The translations under genes were made by a program, and so were the position numbers. The notes under the pieces were generated by a model, which saw only the letters and a program-made list of their open reading frames with translations, was not told where the DNA came from and searched no databases. A DNA stretch of 64,000 bases from the human T2T-CHM13v2.0 reference genome, Homo sapiens: NCBI RefSeq assembly GCF_009914755.1, contig NC_060926.1, one strand, 5' to 3'. Of the stretch, positions 15,551 to 31,976 are shown piece after piece. Position 1 is the stretch's first letter, and every line of letters starts with the position of its first letter.

Positions 15551-16308
15551 AAGAAAATTGTCTCTGACTCTTAGAAAAAAGAGCCATAAATATATCACAT
15601 ATCAACAACAACAAAAATACATAAAATCTTTGGAAATACAAAAAAAAAATGGGAATGCTGTTTTCCAACTTTGTTTGCCATGGCAGCTGAGATGAATGAG
15701 TATGTATATGACATTTATTTTATACGATCAAAGTGAAATGCTGCCATATTACTCCATGCAGATAATCTCTCAAGAGTGTTACCTGGAACTTGATTTCCTG
15801 GAAAGCTTTAAGGAAGGTCAAAGGTCATTCATTAAACACCATTAGACATTGTTTTTACCAGATTACAAAGAGCTTTGCAATAAGTGCAACAACTATAAGG
15901 TTACTGAATTATCCAGTTGAAGGACATTTTAATCAGTAACTAGACTCAACCATGAATCAATCTGATCTTGGTAATAAAAATGATTAAAAATACTTAATTG
16001 GGCATTTAAAATCTGACACATTCCATTGTGTAAAGACACAGAGAAGAAGATACCAATATACAAACCACACCAACCCAACCAGTTAGATGATTGAATTAGA
16101 GCAATTATATCTAATAAGAATTATAGTTACAAACTGTCAATATCTGTTGAAGACTTATGTCCTGGGCAGAGTGGTCAGGCTGAGGACTCTGAAAAACTGG
16201 TACATTTCTTACTCACAACTCTCTGAGGCAGATGTTGACATCTGCATTTAACAGTAAAGAAAATGGAGGCTTAGAGAAGGACTTGCCAAACATCTCACTA
16301 TCAAAAAC

Positions 16309-16882
16309 TGTGAGGTGTCTGAGACTTTACCCTACTTGCAAGCTAATGAGTTAGGCTGCCAGTTTCATGTGTGCTTACAAAAGACATATGATTCCTGGGT
16401 CAGAGACAAAGGACTTAATTTTCATGACATAGCAGACAGCTGTGTAAGCATCAGATACTCATCAGTTTCCCAGCTAAAGTGATCATTTTGCCCAGGACTG
16501 TTTCAACTTAACATTGAGAGTCCTGTGCAAACTGGGATGGTTGGTCACTCAAGTTCCCCTTACCTTCCAAGTCCCACGAAGTCAATGGGGATCAGTCCAG
16601 GTGGATGACACACACGCAATGGGCCTGAGAGCTAAGGAACCCCAAGCTTAGGAAACTTCCAGTCTTGTAAAAGGGCTGCTAGTAAACTCACCCAAATTTT
16701 TTCCCCAAAAATGCCATTAATTTTATGATCTAGCAAACACATCTGCTCCCTGACCTGGAAGGAGACATTGTATCTTTGAAGACTATTCACTATACAAACA
16801 TCCTTGAATAGATTCTCTGATACAAAAGCTGACACAAGAAGAGCAGAAATGTGAGAAACCCATGGAGAATCATCCCCCAACA
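16309..16882 (-). mobile_element. Solo ERV LTR (family unassigned) inside a MIR-like remnant
   Basis: TG...CA termini; reverse strand starts TGTTGGGGGATGATTCTCCATGGG; MIR-like sequence on both sides. Confidence 0.55.
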
Positions 16883-17067
16883 CTTACCGCTAGCTAAGAA
16901 GAGGTGAGGACAGTATTCAAATCCAGCTCCCTCAGACATGAAAACCTATGTGCAATCCTGTCTCTTAAATTACTATGCTCAGATTTACAGAGTTAAGCCC
17001 CAACGAGAGTGGCTTTTCTTTTAATTGAAGCTTTGAGCTTTTGGTTATATTTTTAGAACAGATGGTA

Positions 17068-17608
17068 CAGAAGTCCCCTCCTTATCCATGGTTTCACTTT
17101 TCATGGTTTCAGTTACTCTCAGTCAACTGCAGTCTGAAAATATTAAATGGAAAATTCCAGAAATAAATTCATAAATTTTAAGTTGTGCCCCATTCTGAGT
17201 AACGTGATGAAATCTCTGGCCGTCCCACTTCATCCCACTTGGGACATGCAACCTCCCTTTGTCCAGCATCTCCATGCTGTATTCAAGTGGCCAGTTGTCT
17301 ATTAGTCACTTAGTAGCCCTCGTGGTTTTCATGTTATCACAGTGCTTGTGTTCAAGGAACCCTTATTTTACTTAGTAATGGCCCAAAACACAAAAGTGGG
17401 GATGCTGGTACAATATTATAATTGTTCTATTTTATTATTGGTTATTGTTGTTCATCTCTTACTGTACCTAATTTATTAATTAAACTTTATCATAGGTATG
17501 TATGTATTTTTTTTAAACATAGTATATATAGGATTCAGTACTATCCAAGGTTTCAGGCAACTACTCGGGATCTTGGAGCATATTCCCCTAGGATAAGGGG
17601 GACTATTG
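17068..17608. mobile_element. MER44-type (TcMar-Tigger) DNA transposon
   Basis: Terminal inverted repeats CAGAAGTCCCCTCCTTATCC / GGATAAGGGGGACTATTG, TA upstream, ~540 bp. Confidence 0.8.
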
Positions 17609-18436
17609 AATTGTGTCCATCTTGTATGCGCTTATGGAAAAGAAATGTGGAGGTACTGTATTGCAGAATAATACTGTCATCCAAAATACAGTTAAACGAG
17701 TCAGATGGGCTAATTGACCTCTACTTGGCTCTTCTTGCCCTGGGGGTCCGTCACTCTGCTTCCATATTGTTACTATTATTACTACTCGCTGTTTTCCATC
17801 CTCTTGCTGTGATCAATGCCTGACCCAAAATGCTATTCTTCTGCCTCATTTTTTAATTCTGGCAGGATTTCAGCAATGAGCAGTGTACTTTCAAAGCACT
17901 GCACCTTTCAACAAAGGTGCAGTGTATATTTAATACTAGAGTAATTTTAAAAACATGTTTCACTATAAAAAGAAAAGCAACTAAGATTATTGCATAGGGA
18001 CTCACTTTTTATAAATTTTCATTCTTTTGCACAATGTTGACCACATCATCAAATTGTTGTGACATTTTTTAGGCAGAGTTTAAAGTCTATTTTTTCCTGG
18101 AATATTCAGATCAAATTTCCTTTTCCTTTTTTGCTTAACCCAAGGTGAGAACAGGAGCAGATATTACCGTATGTTTTTAAAAGATTATTTTGATTTCCTT
18201 TCTGGGTAGAGCTGGTTATTATCTCTATTGCTCTCTAAAGATCAGAAGATGAAAAGAACAAGCAAATAGAGAGAACAAAAGGCATGTGATAAGAGAGTTT
18301 CTATATTGCCTAAGTGATAGTTTGCCATAGTACATTGTAGCGAAAAGGTTGCACAAAAGTTATAAGCAAAGTATGAAAAAGTTAATAGAAACAGCCTATC
18401 CTTTGTAGAGATAGTTGGTGATTAAGATGCCCTGGG

Positions 18437-19120
18437 GTGGAAAACAGTTTGTCAGTTTCTTTAAAAAGTAAACATGTAACTACCATACAGCCTAGCAATC
18501 ACATTCCTGGGTACTTATCCCAGGGAAATGAAGACTTACGTTCACACCAAAACCTATATACAAATGTTTATAGTATATACTATAAAGTATATACTGTAGC
18601 TTTATTTGTAATAGCCAAAAAGTAGAAATAGTTCCTAAAATTGTTTATAGAAATGAACTATTTATTTATATATTTTGTTTATCTATCTACACCAGAGTAA
18701 TAAAAAGAAATGAACTATTAATACATGCAACAACCTGTATGAATTTCCAAAAAAAACATGCTGAGTGAAAAAATCAATCCCCAAAAGTTACAGACTGTAT
18801 GCTTCCATTTATAGAACATTCTTGAAATGACAAAAATTACAGACAATGGAGAACAGATTAGTTATTGCTGGGGATTAGGAAAGAGGTTGGCAGGAGGGAA
18901 GTGTGTGAAGCCAAAAGGGTAAGAGATTCTAGTGGTGAAGGGATGTTCTGTATCTTGACTGTATCAGTGTCAATATCCTATAGTGATATCGTATTATAGT
19001 TTTGCAAGATGTTACCATTGGGTGAAACTGGATAAAAAGTACATGGGATCTGTCTGTGTTATTTCTTACAACTGCATGTGAATCTACAGTTACCTCAAAA
19101 TACAAATTTTAATCATAAAA
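18437..19120 (+). mobile_element. Old L1 (L1MC-like) 3' fragment
   Basis: Degenerate ORF2 end (tggaaaacagtttg...cctagcaatcacattcctggg) and old L1 3'UTR. Confidence 0.7.
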
Positions 19121-19989
19121 AAAGATGGCCTTGGAATGTGATCACACCAGACAGAAACCACATAGGTTACCTGGAATGTCCAGTTATGGTCTCTATTCTG
19201 GGGTCTCCAGGATGCTCAGGGACTGTAAATGTTAGAAATCAGGATCCAGAGCTATTTTCCATTCATTCAGAAGATTTGTGGAAGTTATACCTTCTCCTGG
19301 AGCCCTCAGGAGCCAGACCTTCCATTGCAATGCATGAAGCCAAAGTAACACCAAAGGAAAACTAGACAGCATTTGTCCCACCTCAAGATGTTCAAATTCA
19401 ATTTTGGCAAAACTGCCCGAATAGAGTCAGCTATATTGGCAGTCAAAGGGTCAAATTGCAACTCCTGCCTCCCAGACTATCTCAGACACGAAGTTGTTTG
19501 CTGGAATTGTATCAGTAATAAGAAAATACCCATCCAAACAAAGCTTTGGTCTATACATTTGATTTAAGAAAAGTGGAAATATAAATTGCTCATCAAAAGC
19601 AGTTTGGCTGACAAAATCTTTCAAAACATGGAGTCCATGGGATAGAAAACAATGAAAAGAGTGCTTAAAATGGAGTTGTTTTTCTCTCCTAATGAATCAG
19701 GATCTGGCATGCTAGGAAGAAAACCAGAATGCATGTGGATTGTGCAAGAAAATGTAATAAAAGTTGATTTTCAGTAGGCTTATTGTCAGAAGAAATACTC
19801 TTTGCAGACCTAAGAGCTCTGTTTTATACTGCCCAACACAAAGCACGGAGATCCCTCTGGCTTGGGAGGCACAGGCACACAAGTCTTATTGACATTTCCA
19901 CTTTGAAACTAAATGGGCTTCAGCAAAGGATATTGCTACTCTTCTAAAGCATTTCCTGCTGGCTTGAAAACACAGAATGCTGGCATTTT

Positions 19990-20778
19990 TTTTTTCTTTT
20001 TTTTTTTGATTTTTTTTTTTTATTATACTTTAAGTTTTAGGGTACATGTGCACATTGTGCAGGTTAGTTACATATGTATACATGTGCCATGCTGGTGCGC
20101 TGCACCCATTAACTCGTCATTTAGCATTAGGTATATCTCCCAATGCTATCCCTCCCCCCTCCCCCAACCCCACCACAGTCCCCAAAGTGTGATATTCCCC
20201 TTCCTGTGTCCATGTGATCTCATTGTTCAATTCCCACCTATGAGTGAGAATGTGCGGTGTTTGGTTTTTTGTTCTTGCGATAGTTTACTGAGAATGATGG
20301 TTTCCAATTTCATCCATGTCCCTACAAAGGACATGAACTCATCATTTTTTATGGCTGCATAGTATTCCATGGTGTATATGTGCCACATTTTCTTAATCCA
20401 GTCTATCATTATTGGACATTTGGGTTGGTTCCAAGTCTTTGCTATTGTGAATAATGCCACAATAAACATACGTGTGCATGTGTCTTTATAGCAGCATGAT
20501 TTATAGTCATTTGGGTATATACCCAGTAATGGGATGGCTGGGTCAAATGGTATTTCTAGTTCTAGATCCCTGAGGAATTGCCACACTGACTTCCACAATG
20601 GTTGAACTAGTTTACAGTCCCACCAACAGTGTAAGAGTGTTCCTATTTCTCCACATCCTCTCCAGCACCTGTTGTTTCCTGACTTTTTAATGATTGCCAT
20701 TCTAACTGGTGTGAGATGATATCTCATAGTGGTTTTGATTTGCATTTCTCTGATGGCCAGTGATGATGAGCATTTTTT
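19990..20778 (-). mobile_element. 5'-truncated L1PA2-like element
   Basis: Open ORF2 C-terminal frame (20227-20781, CCHC motif), 3'UTR with GAG (not ACA) diagnostic and A at the Ta 'G' site, poly(A); short TSD CATTTT with a TTTT/AA endonuclease site. Confidence 0.88.
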
Positions 20779-20885
20779 CATTTTAAAAAGCCCAGTTATC
20801 TATGTGAGTTTGCTCTTGAAATCAGTTCCTCTCTCCCTCCCAGCCCTGTATTCCCCCACCCAATTTCTATTTTATACAAGGTATT

Positions 20886-21178
20886 TTTTTAACTTTTATT
20901 TTAAGTCCAGGGATGCATGTGCAGGATGTGCAGGTTTGTTACGTTACATGGGTAAAAGTGTGTCATGAGAGTTTGTTGTATAGATTATTGTTTCATCACC
21001 CAGAATACTAAGCCTAGTATTCATTAGTATTCATTAGTTATTTTTCCTGATTCTCTCCCTCCTCCCACCCTTCACCCTCCAATAGGCCCCAGTGTGTGCT
21101 GTTCCCCTCTATGTGTCCATGTGTTCTGATCTTTTACCTCCCACTTATAAATGAGAACATGTGGTGTTTGGTTTTCTG
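20886..21178 (-). mobile_element. Older L1PA 3'-end fragment
   Basis: Diverged L1PA 3'UTR; TSD TTATACAAGGTATT at 20872-20885 and 21179-21192. Confidence 0.85.
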
Positions 21179-22999
21179 TTATACAAGGTATTCTTTTCAT
21201 CTGCTTTTTTACCTTCTCCTTTCTCTCTTCTGCCCAATTTTTGACATTTCTAGTTTTTGCCTGCTACCATAGCTATTTTCTGACCCTTTCCATGGTTCAC
21301 AGGCTTAAGATTCCTTTTTTTGGCATGCCTATTTTCATGGAATACACACTGGTAGCAGAGGAGAACCCTAAAATGACTATTGATCACACTGTTTGTCATA
21401 TTGCCTTTGAGGTGTACCCATGAGATTCTCTGGTGATCTGAATCAGTGGCGCTCCATTTCTTAAGTGGAATTCTAGAAGTCACAGCTGCCAACTCTCCTG
21501 CTGACTGCTCTTCATGCCGCACAATTAAGAGTGAAACACCTCCCACAGCTGTCTATCCTGGTATTCTCAGCATCATCAATAACATGCATCTATTTTCTGC
21601 CAACTGCATGCCATGTGATCTGAATAACAAACAGAGCCTACTCTCAAAGAGCTCCTAATCCTGCCCCAAAGGTAGGAGAAGTGCAGGCAAAGAGTGAAAT
21701 GCTGATGTTGCAAGTTATCCTGTGCTAAAATCCACAAAGGGGCTGAAGAGACGGAGTCCAGAGTCAAAGTTCCTCTCCTGATTGTTCTGCGTCTTAAAAC
21801 CCATGACTTACTATTTCCACCCACACCCAGCCTTGGGATTTCCAACAGCACACTGACTCAGCATTCCAAAGCAAAGGGAGTGAAATGAAGGGACTGTTTT
21901 GTAAAAGTTCTACATTAAGTTGTGGTCATATAGGAAAGGAAGAATTGTATTATAAGTATTTACCTTGGAAAGATTTTTTTTATTCAGAAATTAAATTCTT
22001 GGGTAAGACAATCCATTACATCTATTACTATAAAAATTTAAATATGTGTGTATAAATGTGTATAAATGTGCGTGTATAGCCATTTTGAAAATCTCCAACC
22101 AGTGTTATTAAAGAGAAGATTACTTTCAGAAAGTGGGTGTTTTCTCACAACTTCTCTTCAAGTAACAGTTGAAATTAAATTCTACATGATCTGTCGGTGT
22201 CTTTGGATTCTCATTTATTTTTCAATTTCTAAAGCACACCAGCCGTTTGTGAGATCAGAATCACATGCATCCACAGCAAAATACCCAAGAGAGAACAGGG
22301 CACGTGCACCTCTTTTCCAAGCCCGCGTGCTCCCAATCCAGGCAAACACAAATCTTTCACATGACTGCAGTTTCTTTTATACCCACAGGGAAGGGCGACG
22401 GAAAGGAGGGCCATCCGCGGAAACCTTTCAAACAAGCCACTTCACTTGTCGATTCATCCGTTTATCACTTTAGGTATCACTTAGGATCATCATAAGATGT
22501 ATTTAGGAAAGTCATTTTTGTGGTTTAAATAAGATTAATCGGATTGGCAGAATTTTAAGGCAATTGCAGATACTGTAGAATGGCTTTGGGAAAGTAACTT
22601 TCCACTGAGACACCACTCAGGCTACTTGTCTTTGAAGAAATGTAGTTTTTAAAGTAACACAAAACAAGGAAATTTGATTCCCTTTTAAAAAGTACTTATT
22701 GAAGATCTACAGGTTGGTTCAAATTCAGGATACTATGAGATTTAATTCATCAATCCCACAAAGTATGGTGAATGAGAAGAGTGGAATGATTGCAGGAGCA
22801 ACTCACAGACTGATGGGGTCATGGAAGGTGTGGGAGTTGACCAAGAGTAGAGGATTATAGCAGACTGAGGAAAATGAAAGCTCAGAGGCAGGGAAAGGAG
22901 AGTGGGCGACAGTCATTTAGACACCGAAAGTCCAATATGACTACAGCCGAGACCCCAGCCACCGAGGCCTCCTGGAAAGACATCTTCCAAGCCCCCTAA

Positions 23000-23339
<340 letters not shown>

Positions 23340-23438
23340 TGAGGCAGCTGTTTTAAAAGTGAAACATAATAAGCAAGATGAAAATATTCTTATTCTGAGT
23401 CAAATTAAAAAGATGGTAGAAAAATGCCTGAAATCTAA

Positions 23439-23801
<363 letters not shown>

Positions 23802-24704
23802 TGATGCTGAACTGGGGACTAAAGGGAACTTGAACCAGAAGGGCAAGTTTTTTCTGTGAGTCTTTCACTGTGTTAAATATAAAAGCAAGCTACCCACATT
23901 GTGCATTCTCTCTTCTCAAAAATGAAGTTGTGGGTTTCTCCTTTGGCACTTCATTTTCTATAGAGAGGCAAATTTTGTTTTCTGTATCTAATAGCATTCT
24001 TTAGAACAGAATGTCAGCTAAAATGACAGATCAGCCTCAACATTACACAAAGACAACCAGACTTTATGAGCCTGTAGATGTGCCTCAACAGGAAGTACAC
24101 AATAACACCCTTGGGTATACTTGCCCAAAATAAATCAATCAAGCATGAGTCTGATCACGCCTCTAGATCTAACCACCAGTTTGCAGGAAATACAAAGAAC
24201 AGGACATGTTCATGCAATACAACAAATCCAGCCAAATCCAGAATGTAGCAAATTCTACAGGACTAAAGACCCAGCGTCTTCAACAAATAATTGCAAAAAT
24301 AAATTAATTAATTAAGGAAGGGGCCAGTTTGGATTCTGGTGTGAACAAACCATCTGTTAAAAAAAAGATATGAGACAATCAGACAAATTTGAGTACTTAC
24401 TAAGTATTTAGTGATATTAAAGAACGTCTGTTAATTTTGCTAAGGATACATAATAGTAATACTTCAATGTAATAGCAATCATTACCGTGAAATTATGTAA
24501 CACCCAGGATTTTTACATCTTAATAGTCCAAGGGGCAAGGGAAAATTTGTGGCAGAAGTGGGGTCGGTCAGGGAGAAGGTTATGGACAATAAGATGGCCA
24601 TGTGTTGATAATTGCTGAAGCTGAGTAATGAGTGCATGGGGATTTGTTAATGTCATTCTCTCTACTTCTGTACATGTTTAAAAGTGTCAATAACAAAAAG
24701 TTTC

Positions 24705-25727
24705 AAGACCAAGACAGGAGGATTGCCTGAGCCAAGGAGTTTGAGACTAGCCTGGGCAACACAGTGATACCCAGACTCCGTAAAAAAAAATTTTTAAATT
24801 AGCCCAGGCGTGGTGGCTCACACCTATAATCCCAGCACTTTGGGAGGCTGAAGCTGGAGGTTCGCTTCAGCCAAGGAGTTTGAGGCCAGCCAGACAAACA
24901 TAGTGAGGTCCCATCTCTTAAAAAAAATTTTTTTTAAATTAGCTGGTGTGGTGGTGTGCACCTGTAGTCCCAGCTACTCAGGAGGCTAAGCTGGGATGTC
25001 CACATGGGCCCAGGGGGTTGAGGCTGCAGTGAGTCATGATCATATCACTGTACTCCAGCCTAACAGAGAAAGACCCTGTCTCAAGAAACAAACAAACAAA
25101 CGAACAAACAAAAAGTTTTTGTTTAATGAATATGTAAAAGCATTAAAAATAACCAAATTTCCTCTAGAGACTTTTAATATATACATCAATAATTTATATT
25201 TCTTTTGATTTACACAAGAAAATTATAAAAGTGTTGCTTGTTGCACTGATTACAGTATATAAACAGCTTCTAAAAAGTAATAACAAAAATGACCAAAATA
25301 CCATCAAACCCCTACAAGAATCAACATGGTGAATAATAATTCACAGCAAAGAAAATTCAAATAAGTCTGAAGCATTAAAAGATATTCACTGTCTCAAAAA
25401 AAATAAAATTAAAAAAATAAATAAACTAGCCGGGCATGGTGGTGTGTGCTGATAGTCCCAGTTACTCGAGAGGCTGCAGTGAGAGGATCAATGGAGCCCT
25501 GGAGGTTGAGGCTGCAGGGAGCCATGACCATGCCTCTGCACTCCAGCCTGGGTGGCAGAGTGAGACCCTGTCTCAAACAAACAAACAAACAAAAGATATT
25601 CAACAGGCTGAGCACACTGGTTCATGTCTCTAATCCCTGCACTTTGGGAAGCCGAGGCTGGAGGACTGCCCGAGGCCAGAAGTTCAAGACCAACCTCGGC
25701 AACGTAGCAAGACCTCATCTCTACAAA

Positions 25728-25762
<35 letters not shown>

Positions 25763-25920
25763 ATTTAAAAATTAGCTGGGTGTGCTGGCTTTCACCTGTA
25801 GCACTAGCTACAGGGGAGGCTGAGGCGGGAGTATTCCTTGAACCCAGGAGTTCAAGATTACTGTGAGCTATGATCACCCCACTGCTCTAGCCTAAGTGAC
25901 AGAGTGAGAACCACCTCTAA
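24705..25920 (+). mobile_element. Cluster of old Alu monomers/AluJ (approx. 24705-25112, 25390-25595, 25606-25920) in old L1 sequence
   Basis: Several tandem Alu arms with (CAAA)n and (TAAA)n tails/linkers. Confidence 0.8.
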
Positions 25921-26460
25921 AAAGATGTTCAACCTCACTCATACTCAGAGAAGTGTAGACAAAAACAAAATTGAATACTATTTTTCACCTATCAACTTGA
26001 CAAAGAGCAAGTTGGTAAGACTTGGCAAATTGGTAACACTTGGGGGAAAAAGGCACTCATTTATTTCTGGCAGGAATTGCCCTCCAACATCAATAGAGAG
26101 CAATTTGGCAGTATCAGTATTACAAATACACATGTCTTTTGACACAGCAATCTATTTTTAGGAATTTAGCTTATAAATAAAATGGCATACACAGGCAAAG
26201 TTGTATTTGTAAAAGATTATTCACTGCAACATTATTTATGGGAGTAAATGATTAGAAACAACTTAAATCTTCATCAGAAAGACACTGATGAAATAAATTC
26301 TGATCCATCCATAACATGGAAGGGTACAGTCACTAAGTAATTGCAGAGCTTTTATTTCTAATGAAGGAAGTGTCTTCAAGATATTCTATAAGTGAAAAAA
26401 GTTAGGTACACAATAATATATGTATATATTACCATATGTGTTATAAAAATTAAAAAACAT

Positions 26461-26757
26461 GCCGGGCGCGGTGGCTCACGCCTGTAATCCCAGCACTTTG
26501 GGAGGCTAAGGCAGGCGGATCACAAGGTCAGGATCGAGACCATCCTGGCTAACATGGTGAAACCTCGTCCCGTCTCTACTAAAAATACAAAAAAAAATTA
26601 GCCGGGCGTGGTGGCGGGCGCCTGTAGTCCCAGCTGCTCAGGATGCTGAGGCAGGAGAATGGCGTGAACCCGGGAGGCGGAGCTTTGAGCGGAGATCGCG
26701 CCACTGCACTCCAGCCTGGGCAACAGAGTGAGACTCTGTCTCAAAAAAAAAAAAAAA
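26461..26757 (+). mobile_element. AluY-like
   Basis: CpG-rich; gagaccatcctggctaac and gaatggcgtgaacccgggaggcggagc diagnostics; TSD AAAAATTAAAAAACAT. Confidence 0.92.
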
Positions 26758-26925
26758 TTAAAAAACATATGTATGAATTTCTCCTAAATGTATGAAATAT
26801 CTTAGGAAAACTTATAACTTTGGTTGTCCCCAAAGAGTGGACCTGGAGGTTGGAGAGGGAAAAAATCAATTTTCACTATATTCCTTTTTGTATCTTTTGA
26901 GTTTTGAATCATATGAATGTATTAC

Positions 26926-27779
26926 TGAAACAGGGTATTTCCCTGACCCCTTCAAGGGACTCATGACAGGGGCGCCTGGTTTACTCAGCCTGCCACTCAA
27001 CTCCTCACAGGAGGGAGCACGTGAGCAAACAAGATGTAAACTGGAGTGCATAAGCACTGGAACCACCCTACCACTTCAGCACTGGCAGGAGCAAACTCCG
27101 TGTAGGCCCCACGGCAGCATCCAGGTGGGTGCCTGCGACCCCTGAAGCCCCAAAGGGCATGTTACATTGCTCTTTTAGCACTGCCATCCGCAGACTGCTT
27201 AAGTGTCAACAGTTCAGCGGGCCCTTTCCCTTTTTGCGTGAGGTGGCTGCCCTTTGCCAGAGCAGGAAAAGAGCCAGTGTGACAGCCTTTTGTGTCCACA
27301 CTCATGGTTCCCAAGCTCTTGTCCAGCATCCAGGAAAAATGAGGTCACACTAACAAATTGAAGGATGGTAAACGTGGGGGATTTTATTGCCGAAGAAAGT
27401 GGTTCTCAGTGGGAAGGGGAGCTGAAAAGGGGATAGGATGGGGTAGGTAATCTTCCCCTGAAGTCCTGCTATCTCCAGCCAGATTCTTCTCTGAAGTTAC
27501 GCCTTTGAGCTGTCCCTCTGAAGTCGACAACATCCAGCCGTAGTCCCCAATGTCCAGCTGCTTCTCCTCTCTGCTGGCTGAATCTGGGGTCTTTATAGGC
27601 AGAGGATGGGGTGGGGCAGGGCCCTGGGTGGTTTAGGAAAAGGTAACATTCCAGCGGGAAACCAGGGATATACGTTCTCACTTTGGGCCACCGTTTCAGG
27701 CTTTTCAGCTTGAGGATGAGGTTTTCCCTAGGGACATGCCCTTTTCTGCCTGAAATTTCTCTGCCTCCTGTCTCCATCA
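26926..27779 (-). mobile_element. ERV1-class solo LTR (MER50/LTR9-like)
   Basis: TG...CA termini, 4-bp TSD TTAC (26922-26925 and 27780-27783); reverse strand starts TGATGGAGACAGGAGGCAGAGAAATT. Confidence 0.75.
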
Positions 27780-28103
27780 TTACCCATTCAATAAATAAAA
27801 ACGTAAAAATCTTTGGAGAGATTAAATGAGATGAATAATTTGTAGGAGACTTAACACAGGGCTTTGCCAATAGAGAGATAAATAATAAGTTTATGATTAA
27901 ATGGATGAATTTGAGGGTTTTCCCAACAGTAGGATGGGACTTACAGAGTGAAGTGGAGTCATCATATCATGACTACAAGGGCCCAGATTCATGAAAAGGG
28001 ATCTCCAGGCTCCGAAATTCACCGCTGAACCCTGAGTGGCACCAAGAGATGGTGCCCACAGGCAAGAATGTCTTGGTCTTTTAAGCCCAAGGACCAAGGG
28101 AAT

Positions 28104-29488
28104 GTTTTCTCCATAATCACTCCCATGATCCCACCACACACACCCCACCTATAATACATATAATGGAGAAACAGCAGAGAAAATACTGAATGAAATCTAA
28201 AGAGAAAGCAAACACTTAAACAAATGGATATAGACTAAAGGAAAAAACTAGAGTAAAAATGTCTATAAAGACTGCATTTTATATAAATTTCCAGCTCTAG
28301 TTTTTCCTTTAACAGGAAAGGCAGGGAGGGTCCTTGGCAGAGAGAAGAGGGAAGCAGTTAGTGAAGTAAACACTGGTCCAAAAAAGTCACATCTTGGCCC
28401 ACAAAAGGCTGGCCCTCTTTCCAGGTATGTCTTTCCCATGGCCTAGTCTGGCTATGGTTGGAATTCATTTCAGAATCTTTGATACCTGAAACATCTCAAC
28501 CCATGGAAAGGGTACAAAACCCTGTAACAGATAACTTACTAGCATCCGCTGCTCAGACAGTATGCTGTCCTTTAGCTGTTTTATTAGTGGTGCATTATAC
28601 AGCTTCCTGGCATGACTTTTCAGATGCCCAATGCGGGTTTCAAGCTGCTGGACAATAATAAAGACTGGGCCGACAATGGATCAGTAGCAGCTTCTGATCT
28701 TTCCACTGCCATCTTGTTATGTTTTACGACTAATTTACCTCTCTTTGTTTCCTTTTATGGCCTTTTCCCACCTGTAAAATGGGGTCAGTAAATTTTGGCT
28801 TTATAGAAGATGTGGAAGGTAGGGAATTGCAGAAATTTGTGTTTTAACTAATCTCGAGTGTATTTCTAAAAGTAAAGTGAACTATTATTATCTTCCAATT
28901 AAGTTTATTTGCCTCTTGGCTCCAACACTCACCACTAAAACTTCAAGACCCCAAGGCAAGAAAAAATGTACTCTTCATTGTTTACCTTGTTATCAAGATT
29001 GGCTAACTTCTAAACTGTGTTTCTATATTCCTGCACACAGAATTGTGATTGTTTTGTTGCTGGGGGAATCCCTATACATAAAAGTGTCTATCTGCATGAT
29101 AACTCGGAAGAAAGATCCTTACACACCTCTCCAAATTATTAATGGATTCTTTGTTTCAGGTCCAGCAAATGGAGAGAGAAAACAATGAGTGCTTTCTGCT
29201 AAAGAATACTAGGAATTAAAAATGTCCTCGGATGAAAGGAAAATCCCAGTGTTTTGGAGAGAGGGAAGAGAAAGACACACTATATCTAAAAAACAGACCA
29301 AAAAAGCTGGTAAGCACAGTTTTCTCCATAATGTAACTCCCATAATACCGCACCCCCCAACACACCCCACCTAGAAAACATATAATGGAGAAACAACAGA
29401 GAAAATACTGAATGAAATCTGAAGAGAAAGCAAAGCACCTAAACACATGGATATAGACTACAGGGAGAAACTGGAGTTAAAATGTCTA
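28104..29488. repeat. Diverged ~165-bp direct duplication (28104-28265 and 29319-29488)
   Basis: Both copies read gttttctccataat...cacaccccaccta...catataatggagaaaca.cagagaaaatactgaatgaaatct...atggatatagacta...aaaatgtcta. Confidence 0.85.
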
Positions 29489-29565
29489 GACAGGCACTGG
29501 AAGCTCAGAGACATCTTACAAAACAGGAGGCAAGATGCTTTGGAGAGGGCTTTCTCTAAACCACC

Positions 29566-30966
<1,401 letters not shown>

Positions 30967-31825
30967 CCACCCCACCACCTAAGAGTCACCACCCTCCCAG
31001 TTAGCTTTCTTGCCCCTGATTTCTAACATAGATTTCTCATACTTTCAGAACTTAGCATAAGGTACAGCATGTAACTAATGTTAAGAGAAAAAAGAAAATA
31101 TAAAAATTAGATGCACCCTGCAAATATACAGGTGCATGAGGAAGGTAATGTCTCCCACATACAAATTAAAAGAAGAAAGTGCAATACTACGATGAAAGTG
31201 TTGTATGATTTTAAAATATGATTAATGTTAAAGCATCCTTTCATTTTAAGACAGAAAGCTCTCTGGCAACCTCAACGTCGTGAGAATCCATTTTACTAGG
31301 CTTTTTGCATTACAAAGCACAATTTCAAATACTTTGGTCCTAGCATGAACTGCTCTCCTGTTGCAGTTAACTCGACTGATGCCATTTTTAAAGTGAGCTT
31401 TATAAGCCCATTTAAAGAGTAATAACATGTTGTCTTCTTTCCATGAGACTTTCACCCTGATGGAAGCTCCAGTATGTCCCCAGAGTAAATCACTTGGGCT
31501 CCACTTACCTCACAGTGTACAAAACAGGCCTGGGCTTTTCATGACGAACATAAAGAGAAGGCAAGGGAAGACCCCACCCCACTTTGGGGCTGCCCTGTGC
31601 TCCTAAGCACACACAGAGGGAGACAGAGTTGGGACCCTGGGCCTCCTCCAGTGGAAGCAGAAAGAGTGGCAGGGCAGGAAGGCTGTGCTGGGCGGGGCCC
31701 AGAGGAGGCCACATTGGCCTCATTTTTGCTTTTGCCACTTACCTTTTACCATCACCCTGTGGATACCACTACTCCCGTTCCCTTAGATCAGAATTTTCCA
31801 ACTTGGATTTCAAGAGCACAAATTC

Positions 31826-31865
31826 TTTCCTCCCTTCTTTCTTTCCTTCTTTCTTTCTTTCTTTT

Positions 31866-31896
<31 letters not shown>

Positions 31897-31929
31897 CTCT
31901 TTCTTTCTTTCTCTCTTTCTTTCTTTCTC

Positions 31930-31976
<47 letters not shown>

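Noticed and set aside
17422-17823. 133-aa ORF
   Set aside because: Starts at TTG inside a MER44 element; no recognisable domain or splice context
18569-18584. 16-bp palindrome TATAGTATATACTATA
   Set aside because: AT-rich slippage product inside an old L1
20227-20781. 184-aa ORF2-like ORF
   Set aside because: A 5'-truncated L1PA2-like remnant with no promoter, EN or RT domain
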